DNA of 64,000 nt from an uncultured bacterium. GTDB taxonomy: Bacteria; Oederibacteriota; JAAXVQ01; JAUVAV01. A program made the position numbers and the translations under genes. The notes under the pieces are model-generated. The model was given only the letters and a program-made list of their open reading frames with translations, had not been told where the DNA came from and ran no database searches. Of this stretch, positions 28,601-43,600 are shown piece after piece (the first letter of the stretch is position 1; the number at the start of each line of letters is the position of its first letter). The stretch is from assembly GCA_965371665.1 (NCBI GenBank), contig CBDUZI010000001.1, positions 9,411 through 73,410 on the forward strand. The letters are read 5' to 3'.

Positions 28601-31600
28601 AGGGCTGCCAGGGCAGCGGCTGCCAAGCTGCCAATGCTCGAGACCAGTTGGACGCCTTCTCTGGGCAGGACCTGCCGCCAATGTTCCAGATATTCCAAAA
28701 TTTCTTCGGTCGGCGGCAAGCCTCGCAGGAAATCAGCCGTATCCGCAAATCCGAAATACTGCGCGTAGAAATTTAAATCCTTCTGATCGGTTGGAGATAA
28801 TTCATCATACGTGTATTCGTTGATCGCCGGCAGGTCTAGCTCAGGCAGATGATTCGTCGAATAGAGATACACTCCAGCATAAGAATCAACCAGATCGTAC
28901 AATTGTCCATAAGTCTGAAGCTCGTTCACATTGCCGATGTCTTCGATCCGGTAGCCGGCTTTGGCTAATATCCGCCGGAAGTCTCCCTCGGAAAACTCGT
29001 AACAGAAATATCCTCCGCCCCGGTATTGGTGCAGTTCCTGATTAAGGACATTGACCCAATTTCTCCAGTCACGGGCATCCAGGGTCTGCTGTCCGAGAAA
29101 CTCAGGCAGGGTCTGGGTTCCCGGGAAGGGCTGGGTAAGCAGCTGATCACCATAGGAGGCGAGAAAGAAAGCTAACTGGTCAAAGCGTAAATTTAAAGTA
29201 TTGACGAAGTTCTCAAAATCCCGATAGCCCATATTCTGCGCGATTTGATTGTATTCTTCCAGGGTGTAATCGCGGCCCAAAACGTGGTTTAAAGCACCTG
29301 CCAGACGCCCGACATTATCCAAAGTGATGGTTTCCTTGCCTCCCTGCTCCACATAAACCCGCTGACCGTCCTCACCTCTAAGATTCAAGGCGTAGAGCAG
29401 GTTTTCAAACAGGGCGTTAGTCTTACCGGACAAGGGATGGTAATAACCTGTTTTCCCAAAGTGGAAGGGACTGTCTCCCAGGAACTGGCTGAGCTGCGGC
29501 GGATAAACTTGCTGGTTTTTATATGTGGCCAGGTCCCAGATATAGTTCCAACTGCGGCTGGTTACATGGATGCCGCTCCAGATCACAAAGGCCGCGAAAA
29601 CGCTTAATTTTGAGCTGCGTGATACCCGATACAGGAAATTATTGAATCTTTTGGTCTTGGCCAGCGCCACCATCAGTGATAGAAAAAACACCGTACCAAG
29701 CTGTAATCCCCAGGTGTTGTACCACATCCGGCTGAAGTTGGCGATAATCTGGAGTTGTTTGGGTACTTCTTGGCTACCGGACAAATCCCGCAAAAATTCA
29801 CGGATCAGCGCCTGTTGCAGAGCCCGGTCCTCTGCCTGTACCGGGTAATTTTGGAGAGCCCGGGCATCGGGGTTGACAGAATCCAGCAGGGTAGACCGGG
29901 TCGGCTTTTCCCATACCGTCATTCCGCCCCGCAGGAAATCCAGGCCTGGCAGGACGCCAATCTGCTTCCAACCCGTGGCCACCAGCAGCCGGTTATATCC
30001 CGCATTTCCACTGATGACACGGTCTAAGCCGTATTGCTCATTATTTATTAAAATATCAATCAAGGGTGTCATGGAATTCATGCCGCGCTCAAAACCCAGG
30101 GTCGCAGCATCGTATCTGACTTCTGAAGGCGTTCCTTTGAAGCGCTGGTTGTACTGAATGGTATCCGCCATACGGCCCAGGGAAACGCTTGGAATGCTTG
30201 TGATAATCGGGAACTCCGCTCCTACGACCAGATAGCGGGTGTTCACCGTTCCCAGGCCTCTTAAACTGTTCGTATCTAAAAGCATGTTCAGATCCGGATA
30301 TCCAGACGGATGCAGGGGAACGATCTCTTGGCCGAGTTGCAGTTCTCCTGGTCCTGGAAATGCCTCTGGCACTCCTTCGGCGCCAGCCTCGATTTTAATA
30401 ATCCGTCTTCTCATATCTTGAGTCTGGGCGCCGATCACCAGGTTTGGCGTCGACCCTGTCTCCTGCAGAGCTATGTTTGCCGGTATTTCACCTTCCCATT
30501 CATAAACCGCTTCCAATCTTTCGCTCAAGGTTTCACCTTGAGCGGTGATTCCTTCCAAGTCAGACGAAACAATAGTTTTGACTACAAATTCATAATACTC
30601 ATCGGTTTCTACATCTTTTAAAAGCAGTTTTCTGACCTCCGGGGTATCCAGGTTGTAAACCATCACTCCTGGGGCATAAGCCGGGGTAAGCCGAACCCAG
30701 GTCTCTGGCTCCCCAGCGCGGTTCGCCATATCCCGAGACACCTCGATAATGATGTTGGAGTTGGCGCTCGGCGTGCGGCTGTGTACTCGGGCAATCAAAA
30801 ATTTAGGCAATTCCCGCAAGCGAAGTCTCCGGCTGGCAAATCCATATTCCTCGATTTGAGTTGTTGTAATTAGTTCCCCACCCTCGACCCGGGTCGATGT
30901 AAACCAATCCTCGGGATTTATTGGAATATTAACTTTCGGGCGAGGTAGTTGTCCGGGTTTGATTTTTTCCATAACCAAGGCTGGAACCCGGATAATGTAA
31001 AAGTCAAACCAGGCTCGGGCAGACCGGTTTTCAGTCTCGCTGAACTGATCGACTACGCCTAATGAAACTTCGAAGGATTGGTTTCCAGATAAACCCCATT
31101 CCCGGAGCAGATCTGCCAGATTAATCCTCTCCTGGTTACTCTGGCTGTTGAATGCAGCATAAACGTATCCGTCTGGCAGGGACGGATGATGAATGGCGAC
31201 ATAGTACGTGCGGGTTATGTCACTGATCTCCATATTCAGCCAGACATTTTCGCTGTCCAGATCCACGCGGATAGGCTCGGGCATGCGCACGCTGGCCCGA
31301 TTGGCGCCGGAAGTATTCGCGCCGCGAACTAGCAGGCCTCCCTCTTCATTCCAGTCTACCCGCGCATCCTGGAGGTGTGCCTCCTGCAGCTTCACAGAGG
31401 TATAATAGTCATCGATTATCTTGTGCGGTTCAATATCGCTTTTGTCGGCGTAAACATGCATGACCCGGTCTGCGCCCGCGGGATCGGACAAAGCCGCAGT
31501 GTTCTCCTGCCCTATCTCTCCAAAGCCAGCAGCTTCGACTTCAGGCGATTGCGAAACTTGCCCGGCCTCGAACGAGCCGAATCCTCCGCTGATATCATGC

Positions 31601-34600
31601 TCCGTGAATACCGCGCGGCCGATTTGGCGTACGTAATCATCGCCAGCTTCAGCCGGAAAATTCCCGAGCATCAAGAAACAGTTCAAGTTGTATTCATGCA
31701 GCATATTTTTGATTCTTTCGATCTGCGGGCCGACCGGTTGGTGCATGTCTTGCACCTGGATGGAGATACCATCGACCTGCGCCAGGGTAAGAGGTCTAAA
31801 CAGGATATTATGGAAGGCATCTGCATAGTCGAGCTGAAGAATGAGCAGATGTTTGTCACCGTCGATTTCTTTGAGGAAAGGAATCATTCGGTCATACCAT
31901 TTAATCAAGTCTTGTCTGAGATTGATTCTCTGCCAGTCCGTCTCGGGGGTGTTTCTCAACAGGACATCGGGTCTGTCGGACAGACTATAAACAATATTAG
32001 GATAACTATGCAGCCTTTCCACTATCGTCCGGACGTAATTTTTATTCTCTTTATAACTTTTTGCTATTTCGTCTGGGTAAATCGTATGTAACAACGCTCG
32101 ATTGAGGCTTATAATATCTTCTTCTGCCAGGATCTTTTGGGAAGCTGCCGCTTCTTTCGCTTTTGTTAATAATTGCTCAACTGCTGGAGATAGTTTGAGC
32201 TTGTCAGCATCCACTTTGGTATATAAATCAGGCATTTTCAGGACGGCATTGAATGCTTCAACCGCCTGTTTTTCTGTAAGGGTTGGCAGTTCCTCGATAC
32301 CCATGTCAAGTTCTGCAAGCAAAATAATATCGGCTTTACTTTCCCCTTTTAGTATGTACTTTAATCCCTCGACATCTAAATCGCCTTCGCGAAACACCGA
32401 AGAGGACTCAATGTCTCCCCCAAAATCCTGGTAATTTTCAAACAAGCTGACCACAACCATGATGTTTGCATCCTGGGCTAGCTGTATAAAATTTTCTAAC
32501 TTGTCCAAGTAGCTGATGTTGACATTGGGGCCGCCGAATTCAGTGTAGGGAATCTGCATAATGACACTGTTGGCATTCTTATCTCGCAGGCCTTGCACGA
32601 GTTGGCCCAGGGATTCCGGTGTAGCATTTTCCCACCAGCCCGGCTGGGAAGTGTCTAGATTAAATCCCCAAAGCTTGACCACGTTGCCCTGGTCATCGGT
32701 AATTTGTCCGTAGCCCATGGCCGGAGCTCCGCGCACCTGGTAAGCACCTCGTCCGCCCATTTCGATGGTTTGCAAGGACGGCACTTCATAGTCGAAGATC
32801 GCCTGCAGCTGTCCGGTCCCGGTAACCTGCAACCAGTAGTTACCTTCACGATCCTCCACCTCCCTGTAGTCCACGCCCACGTATAGTCCCTGACGGTTAC
32901 TCGGCATGGAAAATTCACTTCGCCAGGAGCCGATGTCGATGCCTGCCTCAGGATAAACAAAACCTAATCGAGACCCCCAATCCATGCTATTACCCTTAGA
33001 GTCAAGCATGGCTTGGATTTCAGGCGGACACTGGTCCGGCCGCAACGTCTCAATGCCCCGAATGTGCGCACCCATGCCGGCTACAGGGGAAACACCTCCC
33101 GTAGGCAACGTTTTGCGCGAAGACTCCGGGTCCCTTTCTATTTGGAGCGGTGATTCCTGCCATTGGCCGGTTATACCCATATCAAAGCGTATGGCCCCTC
33201 CCATCTTTGCCAGTTTCTCCGGAGATAACACGATGTAATAAGTACTGGGAGCAGGGATATCCCAAGTAGCTAAGGGTTTGGGAACACCCAACATAGATTT
33301 CCTGGACATTGCTTGTCCGCGGGTTTCTATGCGCGATATGGCCAGCCTGTCCGCTTCCTCGGTCGCCAGTATTTTAGCCTCGGCTATTTTCTCCTCTGTT
33401 TCCGCACCCTGCATGAATCTTTCCAGGGCGGTTTCATAATCGGCTCGCCAGGCGCGCATTTCTACATCGTTCCCAAACTGTTCCTCACTAGGATCTAGTT
33501 TAAAATACAATTGCGCATTGGGGGAAAGTTGATCCACCTGGATGGCAATAATATTGTAGCCCTCTGGCAGAACCATCTTCCGGCTGACATAGCCCCGGCT
33601 ATGCCGCGGGCTGGTTCCGATCAGCGTCAAGCCCTCGGAGTCGGCGCTGAATTTTAAACCGTATGGCTCCCACTCCCAAACCCGCACTCCCTTTACAGAT
33701 ACGTCGTACCGGTCCCCGGCTAGGGGAACACTCAAGCGGCCGCTGTCCAGATTATCGGGTACGCCAGGATCATACGGCAGGATTTCGGGAGCCGGCCGCT
33801 CGGTGTAGTCTACATTCAAACCCTGCTGGTAGGCGCGCATGATATTCATGGCAATACTATTATCTAAAGTTTCATCCTCGCCTATTCGGTTCCGGAAAAA
33901 GAGAGTTTGCAGATAGCTAGCTGCCCGCAACCGATCCCAGCCTTCAATATTAGTCCACTCCGTGGCCAGATCCGGGTTCAGGCTGAGGAAGGGATCGAAT
34001 CCGGCAAGGAGCGCTTCATCGGATAACGCCGGGTTTTTCTTCCAAAAGTTGATTCCCATCCTTTCTTCGTGTCTAATAAGATCGGTAGATGCCAGGAAAT
34101 AATTCAGGGCAGACGCGGGAACAACGGAGAGATTCGGGAATCCGGGAATAGTTATCTTTCTCCAGCGCAAAGCTTCCCGGGTTTTTTCGGCGTGGGCATC
34201 CACCATGCCGAAAAAGTTTTCTATGGTAAGCTGATTAGGCTCATAGGCCACGAATAATTCCGAATGCTGGATCGGCAGAGGCCTATGTATGCCTTTTAAG
34301 GGCTGAAATCGATCGACCATCCATTCCAGACTACGGAGGAAGATGTTCGAGCCTTCTGTAGCAATATTTTCATATTCTCCGGACTCAAAACGCCCCAGCC
34401 CGACCTTCACGTCCGCCAGGGGACTCTGGCCGCCGGCCACAGGCTCAGGCCGAATAAAATGGGCTTCTGGTCCATACCACAATTGCCGGGCATGGATCAT
34501 ACCGTCCAAAACTACATGCGCATCCTCCAGCGAATTAATTCCGTACTCTTTCAGCCGGCCTTCATCGATCAATCGTTGCAAAACCAGCTCGAAATTTTCT

Positions 34601-37600
34601 TCGTAAATCACGCCTTGGGACCACATAGCCTCGACATCAAATATCAGCTCTAAAACGTCCTTCAGACCTTCAAAGCCGTAATCCCTGAGTATTCCGTTGT
34701 GATGGAGGTAGATCACCAGCAGTAAGTCTTTGGCTCGGCCGCGCGCCGCATAAAAGTTCTGCTGATTATCCAGCAAAGCACACGCCTCGTTAATGTCTAT
34801 ATCGTAGTTTTCCAGGACACCACCGGCTTCCAGGTCATTTAGTACCTCCTCGAAGGGCGTGTCCTGTAAAACGTCCCAAAGGACATCGATATTGTCGTTG
34901 ACAAATTCCATCTCATGGAAAGGCAAAAGCCTGACGTCTTGCCGTTCCAGCAAATAGGCCGGATGCCGCGTCCAGACATAGCGATAAAGAATCTCGGGAG
35001 TCCAGTACTTAGAGAAGAAATACTTGGGCCAAGGCAGCAGTGTCTCCCCGTTCATGCCTGAGTCTTCTCTTAAAAGCCGCTCGAACTCCGCATAGGTAAG
35101 CGGATCATAACCATTCTGTTCAACGAGATGATTCAATTCAAGCAAGATGGCCCGCATGGCCACCTTCTGGTCAGAGCGCTCCACACCCCTTCCGATATTC
35201 GTTCTTTTCAGTTCCGGCATGAACGTGGATTTCAATTCATGCTGCAGGCGGTCGCCAGGATAAAAATTGAAAATCTGCCAGAGGTACTGCGTGACTCTCG
35301 ATTCCAGTTCCCGGGCAGAATACCTGGCCAAAATATCGTTCCGGTACGGCTCCCAAAGGCCGTGAGCCTGCAGAAGTCTCATTTTCTCCTGGGGTGAAAT
35401 CGTACCGGCCTGAAACCGCCGCAGGGCGATGATGTCCCTGACGTCGAACCGGCCTTCCTTTTGCAGGGCGTTCAATTGCACGAGCAATCTGTCCGCTTCG
35501 TCGGGAAAAGCCCATTGCTCGGTTAGCAGGTTATCGAAACCGGCCGGGGAAAAACCCATGAGGCTTAAAAAATCTTCCAGTTCAATGCCATTTTTCGGAA
35601 GAGACCGCTCAACGGCTGGAATACCGCAAAAGTCGAAGACCCGCGATTGTTCGGTGAACCCGGTTACTGTCGGCCCGACCAGCGGATTGCCAGAAGCGCT
35701 AATGGCAAACTCAAATCCACCTGCTTCGGCCACCATGAATTCCCGGTATTCCTGTTCAAAATTATCCGGCCGAAAGACCGCTTCATCCGGAACAATGTAG
35801 TTCCAGTAATATCGTTCATCCCAGCCATCGGCTTCAAAGGCTGCCCAGCGAAGACGGGTTTTTCTCTCCAACTCGGCCACGATCCATTGCTCATCCTGGA
35901 TTACGTTCTGCACGTTTTTGGCATTCACCTGGGAAGGCTTGAGGAAGCGGGCAATTTCATTCTGGATTCTGAGGTACCAGTTATACCTGGCCAGTTCGGA
36001 AACATTTGGATTATTCGGATCATAGCCGTAATTAATATCCCGCACCGTTCGGATGAAAAAGGTAAAACTGATGCCCATGTCCTGGCAGAAAGCCCTGATG
36101 CTCTGGTAGTCGCTTAAGTCCAGATGCTCCATTTTCCACACTTCAGTCTGCTCCGATTCCAGCCGGACATCTTCCAACGTTCCGCAACTATCTTCCGGGC
36201 TGGGATGGGTAGTTAAGCTAATTCTTGTTTCCACGACATCCTCGATGGGTATTTCCGCCTTTTCAATTACCATCAGGAGGTCCACCTGGCTGTAGCCGTG
36301 GATAAACCACGGTCTGACTTTTACAGTAACCTCATCCTTGGTAGTGGTTTTTACCGTTAGGATGATGTCAAGGTAGCCTTGCCTGCCCATATAATTACCA
36401 GTAGAATTGTAGCGTAAAAACCGGGTGGCCTGGATTTGTTCTCCGGATACGATCCAGCTGATTCCTGCTGCGGGTTGGTCAGCCAGGGATTCAAAGGCGT
36501 AATGATTCTCGACGCCTTGCTGTGTGGCGGTGAACCGGGTCGGGTCGGTGGCATCCTGCGCCAGCATCACCACGTCGCCGGTGATCTCTGCCGTCGCGCT
36601 GGTTAAAGGCATAACCATGGTCGGAAAAGGCTCGGCCCGAACCTGGTTCGCTGACCGGTAAAGCACCTCTTTGGTGCTTTGAGAAAGTAGATGGGAATCG
36701 ATGTAAGCAGGAATTTCACCCTCTTGCTGCGTTACCGGAGTAAATATGGTTTTTAAAGCTCCGGGAAAACCGCCTGTCTGTCGCTCCTCAGCTTTACGGG
36801 CGGCGGCTTGTGGTTTGCCCACTTCGCTGGTGGTTGAGCCAGAAGATGCGAAATCCGTTGCAGGCTTTCTGGAATCCGGACCGGTATAATAGATCAGGTA
36901 ATCCAGACCCTGTTGCAGGCTGGGTATGCGCAGCGGTCCGATTCGCATTTCTGGCGTCAGCATGGCAAGTCCTTCCGAATATAAATAACCTGATAGGCGG
37001 GGGGATTGTCCTAGCCAGGTAAGTACACTAAGGATAACCGGCGTGAAAAACCACATCAGTCTCCACGCTGCCTTAGAGCGCCAGCTTGCTTCCTCAGGCA
37101 GCTTCTGATTTCGCGCCTTTTCTTTGCTCGCTCTCCAGAAATCCGGACGTTCTGGCAAGATAGCCCGCAGCTTCTGCTTGTCCCGGAAAATCCAGAACAA
37201 TCCAGCAATCATCGAAACAAGCACTCCCGCGCTGACCGCAAACAGAAGAGGAGCGATAAAGTTGCCCATAAGAAAAGCAATAATGCAGAAAACCAGGGTC
37301 AGGCTGAAAATAATTTTCCCAAAAACACGCGCAGTGGATTTGCCCATGACACCGGTTTTTTCTGCAGCCACTAAGCCGAGCGCTGCCAGAATACTGATCA
37401 TTAGTGCAGCCAGGATATCTAAAAATGCAAAATGGATTGCTCCGAAAAGGACAACCGTAAGGACGAATCCGAATAAGAAGAAATAGCTGAATTTAAACAG
37501 GCCCTTGGTAATATCCCCGGCCACCTTCCAGGTGGCCCAGTTCAAAGGCATCTGGCGTAAATGCTGCACATACTGCCTCAGATTCCTGATGGAGCCGCGG

Positions 37601-40600
37601 ATCTCTCCCACCAGTTTTTCCAGCACCAGCAACAGCAGGAACAAGGCGATGACGGGCACGATCAGCGACAAGTTGAAAATTATTGATAGGATGATCATTA
37701 CCACGGCAGCCATGGCGACGACTTTCCAGCGGCTGCGGAGAAGTTGCTTTAATCCGAAGTAATTGAAATATTTGAATAAGACTGCGAGAAGAATAATTGT
37801 CGGCACTGTATAGACTATACTCATGGGATCGGCAGATAAAACCGTTATCACATTCTGGTAGGTGGAGATAAAAGCGGTAATTATCCAGTCGATAATATTT
37901 AGAATAATTTCAACTATTGGAGCAGGAACATATGGGACCACAATATTTCTCCAGACCCATATGCTAATTGGGACCGGCAGCATGAGTACGATCGCCCGGA
38001 TGATGGCCACGAAGAGGTCCTTGGTTAGCAAGACCGGGATTTTAAGCCGTTCCGGCATCTTTTGGACAACTCGCTGGTTAAATACCCAGGATATTCCAGC
38101 TCCCACCAGAGTGGTTTCCAGCATCCGAAGCAAGGCTTCACTAAATGGAATAGCGGTAATGATGCCCAGGCCAGGGACCATGAACAAAACCGCAACCTGG
38201 TACATCAAGGTCGGAATCACGCCATAGGCCATCTGGGACAGGGATTTCAAGCTACTGTGGCGGAAAACCCGTTCGATTAAGACTTCCAGGATATAGGCGC
38301 TCAAGGGGGCCAGGATGATAATCAAATTAACGGTGAGGATGGTTTGCCAGACATTATACTCCACGCCGACTTTGGCTAGATTGGTGATATTTTGACCCAA
38401 AAAATCAGAAATACCCGTGAAGAAGGCGAATACCAAAACATTCGCAAAAAACATTCCACTTATAGGCATCTTGAACCGGATAAAGTAATCTGCACCGTAC
38501 TTCCCGGATACTACAATGGCGGCCTTGACGGGTATCAAGATTTGTTGCTTAACACATTGCCACAGAGGCTGGTAATACCTTTCCCAAAGCTCAATCAGCC
38601 GATCTTTGAGCTTTATCAAAATATCCTTCACCCGACGCAATATATCCAAAATCTTCTTCTTCACCCACTTAAGCCCGTCGCTAATTTTCGTAATTGCCGT
38701 TTTCACAAAGCGGATCATTCGCTGGACGAACTCGATTCGCAGGATCAGAAACAGGAGATTTTTGACGAACCTGATGGCAGCTTTGACGCGATTAACGATT
38801 TTGATGACGATATTATCTTTAATCCAGATAAGAAAATTCACAATAATGGGACGGATGATCCGGACAAAGGGACTGACGATCTCCTCGTAAATCCTTTTCG
38901 GCAGGGTAATTGGCAGGACGAGGGCCAGCTGTTTGACCACGTGTCCGATCTCGTGAACGGTTATACGTACAAAGCCATGGGGATCTAATCCGATATCGGC
39001 CAGGATCCGGCCGATGGGGTTGACCTTCCAGACCCACTGTGCCCATCTCTGGTACCAGGGCAGCTCTCTTTGCAAGGTCTCCGCAACTTGCAGCATCATG
39101 TTGCGCATGACCCGGCTCGGCGTGCCCTGTCTGGATTGGAGGGCGCGGTTGAGCAAGGCCGTCTCGGTCAGGGCGCGTTTGCCTGCCTCGGTCTCGAAAA
39201 AGGCATAATAGTTTTCGAATTCCTGGGCAATTTTTAAGATATTGGGCGGAATGAGGTCTTTAAGTTCGTTTCTGGAGGGTTCACTGACTGCCATTTCCAC
39301 CGGTACTTCAACCGCCTGCTTTAATCCCAGGTACCGACCAAGCACACCTAAGACTATCAAGAGTCCCAGGCCCATGATGCTTCCAGCGAGGATGGCTGCT
39401 CCACCCATGAGCATGGTAACCATCCCGCCAGCCAGCAGAGCCAAGCCAGTAATACCCGCAATAATCATCCGCGTACTTACACGAATGGGGGTATCCACCT
39501 GGCCCTCCCCAGGCGCCATGGTTTCCGGTGGAGAGGTTTCCCTGGGCGGAACCTTATCCTGCGCGAATGGATACAGGGCCTCCAGGAAATCCCCCATCAT
39601 GGCCTCACGTGCCTGGTCAGAGGTAATGGCGTCGATAAACTTCAGCAGATCCGTAGTATATTTATTAGCCTGCATGGCTTCGGAATCCGATTCCACCACG
39701 TCCGTGCCCAAAAAGGTGATTCTTCCACCGAGCTCCTGATTAATCTTGATGGCTATTTTTTTGATTTCCAATTTTCCCCGCGACGTTTGGGCCAATTCCC
39801 GGATTTCATCGGCGATTTTGACCAAATCAATCGTGGTGCCTTTTTCGAGATAGAAACGCCGCTTGAAAAGCTGGAATAGTTGTTCCGCCGTGATCTCGAC
39901 CGCTTTGCCCGCGAAAAACGTCCGGTTTAAATGCCAGGCAAACAACTTCATGCCGTTCATGCGCATTTTAGCGACATCTTCCCTCATGATGGCTTCATAA
40001 CCGCCCAGAAAGAAGAAGCGTAGGCCTTCGGCCAAATGCACACGGTAAATATCCGGGATCGAGCGCAAAGCCATGGGCGGAGCTCCTGCGAAATTGGCCA
40101 GCGGTCCCGGCCGTCCGGTTCCGAAAGTATGGGACATTATGTGGATGGGACCCTGCCCCTCGATGACTCCCTGGTATTTGGCCAGATCCTCCTCCTCGAC
40201 CCAGCCGGTATGAAGTATCGAGCCGTACAACAGTCCCATGATGTATTTGGCATAGGCTTCACCCGCATATTTATCCCCGGCAAACATAGGACTCGGGTGA
40301 TCACCACCGGTAAAATGAATTTTCGGAATCACGCCAGGCAAGGCTTCTTCCACCGCCCGCTTCAGTTCTGCTTCCAGTTCATTCAAGCGCTCCTCTGCAG
40401 TCAGCCGGGCTTCCACCTCAGGACGTAGCTGAGCACGAAGTTCTCCCCGTTTTCTTTCGATTATGCGCACCATGGCGGGGTAATAAATGTCGGTAAATTT
40501 GTAGCTTCCCAGCTTGCCAAAGGTGAAAAATATCCATTTCTCTATTGGCACCCGCGTAAAGTCCACCGGTGGAGTGACCTCGGCCATGTCCAGCAGGTGG

Positions 40601-43600
40601 TGAGTAACCGCGCCGGTCCGGCCTTGGAAATTAAACCAGGGATTATAATCGGCGATTGCCCGGGCGTATTCCGGCTGAAGGAAAATGAGTTTGTTCAGGT
40701 AAAGGTAAATCAACTGGGAGAGTCCCCAGGTGCCTAATTCCTCTTTGGTCCCGGCCTTCACCTGGGTGGCCTGCAAATCCACTCTTTCAATCACGTGGTG
40801 ATAAGGCGCGCCGATATGGGGGGTTCCGATCACCAAGGAATTGAACAGGCGGGAAACATGTCCCACCACGGCGCCCATCGGACTCTTATCGCCTTGACTG
40901 GTGAAGAGCATGTTAATCATTTCCGCATCCGAACCGGGTTTCCAACTCTCGGTCAGGTTCCGGGCAAAATTGTAAAGCCCTCCCATCTCATCCCAGGTCT
41001 GGATTAAGCTGACATTATCATGTTCCAAGGCGGCTGAAGTGACTACGCCGAATTCATTTCGGCATTCAGGACATAGACTATGCAGGCGAATCACTCCAGG
41101 ATAACGCCAATGTCCGTAGTTCACCAGCAAGCGCAGCTCCACATCCGGCCCCGCCGCATTGGCCAGTGGGATAATGGTATTTTGCATGTATTCGGACACG
41201 CCTCCGCTCTTTCCCAGTCTGCCCATTTCCCCACCAACATCTATCAACTGCCCGTCCGGATTATCTTCGAGTCTCATCCCAGGAATAACCTTTGCCTCAT
41301 CATCCACAAAACTGGAAAGGGTAGCCACAACCCCGGTACCCAGTTTGGAGGCTAATCCGGATTTCACTTCAGCCTCGGATGTCATAAGGCCTTTAACCGT
41401 ACCGACCATATCCGACAATTCAAACCCATTCGCATCGATTCGCCCCAGTTCGGCTACCGAGTTACAAACTGTTTGCAAATAAGTTAGACACTTTAAGGCA
41501 TAAGTCCGATTAGTGTGATCGGTTAAATTACTGATGTATCCTTGGCTGGCCAATTCATAATATAATCCTTGCACGCGCTGGTCGGTAAAAGCGATGGGCA
41601 CGCCGGCTTCAACATGCGCTTTGAGGGCTTGATAAATCACTTCAATATCATCTCCCAGTTGCTGCATCTGAGAACGCATATTCTTAGCCACATAAGTATC
41701 CCTAACCCTTAACCGCTCAGCAACCAAGGTAATGTCATGTTGAGCTTCGGGTATTCTCTCTGAAACGCGCAACAAATAAATCAAGTCCTCCATGCTTTCC
41801 GGGTCAGAGAGATTTAGGTTCTGCAGAAGCTCCCACACGGCCTGAAGTTTCTGAATTTTCTCAGGGGTAAAGGTCTGCCCGTCCCGAACTTTTTTAAAGA
41901 TTTCATGCAATTTGGCGATTTCCGACGGCTGCATCCATTTTTCCAGCAAAATGTCATCGCGGCCACGGGATTTAATCTGATCAACCAGAGCCCTTAAGCC
42001 TTCGTCTTCCTCACGGTAACCCGGCCCCATGGCATCCAAAGGAAGCCTGCTGGCCTGTCTTCTCTCCCGGCTGATGTCCTGGCGCACCTCCTCGGCCACC
42101 AGATCCGCGCGTATGTCACCCTTCCACTGCTGGATTTCATATAGAATTTTTAACAATTCGATCTGGCTCGGATCCTGCCGCAAGGTTTGCAGGGCAGCCA
42201 GTTTTTGCCCTATCCGATCGGGAAGAATCCTGCCCTGGACGATCAAATTGTCGGATAAGCCGGCCGCCTCGGAAGCCAAACCGTACTCTGGCATATGGAT
42301 TAAAATCTGATCAATGCTTCTTACTGCGCGGGGCAGGTCATTACGCTGATATATCCCAATGCCCGGACCCATAGTGGTGCTGACAGTCAGGACAATTTTT
42401 TCTCCGGGTTTCTTTCCCAAGCGCCTCCGGACTTGGGTAATGGCCTCTCTGAGTTCTTCTTCCGTGATCTCTTGGTTTAAGATGGCCTGGTCCTGGATCA
42501 TCGTGTCTATATCATGCCACATCACATTAAGCTCGTGCGCCATCTGCCCCATAGTACCGTAGAAGCGGTGCCGGCCCTGGCGATGGATTTGTTCGTCCTC
42601 TGCCCGGAATTCGTGCTGGTCGCCAATTTTGGCTCTCTGCCCTAAATAATCGAGATCACCTTGATCGCGGGCCAGGACAGTTTCCTGATAAGCGACGGTA
42701 GCAAGGATAAGGGCCAAACCGACAGCGGCAACTAACATTAAAGTTGGCGCAATAATGCTGAAGACGACTATAGCCGGCAACATAACCAGCGCGCAGGCAA
42801 CGGTAGTTCCGCTCTTACCCGGTATGCGAGCCGTTAAATAAAACCCGACTAGAGCAATAAAAAAAACCGCAAGAACGACCATCAAAGCCGGGGTAGCAGT
42901 CATGGCTGCCAGGGCAATGCCGGCCAAACCCATCACACCCAAGGCAACGCCGAATACGAAAAATGTTTTTCCCAGGAAGCCTAAATTCCCGAAGCTTCTG
43001 GCAGCCTGATAATGCTCGACGGCTACACTGCTCCTGCGGCTTTTTTCAATCATGTTTTCATACTTACGCAGGTTGTAATTAAACTCAGAGTAAAAATACT
43101 GCTCCCGCAGCATTTCGATGGTACGGCTCGCCTCTTCAGCGCACAGACGGGCCTGTTCTACCGCCTCGGGAGGCTGCCGACCGGCCGCAATCGCGACTTC
43201 AGCTTGTTCCATGGCCTGTTGCGCCTCCGCTTCCTGCTGTTTCGCAATCACTATTTGTTCCTGTAAAAAATCATTATAACTTTGGGCATCGTAACCCAAA
43301 ACCGGTTGATCATTGGCGTTGGTGATCAGATGTTCCATAAAATCAGCCTGAGTCAAAATGTTGGTTTTATTTCTTTGAGTAGGCTGTAAATCAAAAAGAA
43401 TCGTCCGTATCTTAGTGAAAAAACCATAGTCCGGACTGGATTTAAGCTCTGCCTGGTAATAATCCGTTATGTGTACATTGCCCTCGGCATCGATCATGAC
43501 TCCTGAAAAATCTTCGGTCCCATGATAATTCAAGCCGTGGATATCGAAGACATTTATTGCGGTCTGGAACTTTTTGGCCAGGCCTATTATCCGGTTAAAA

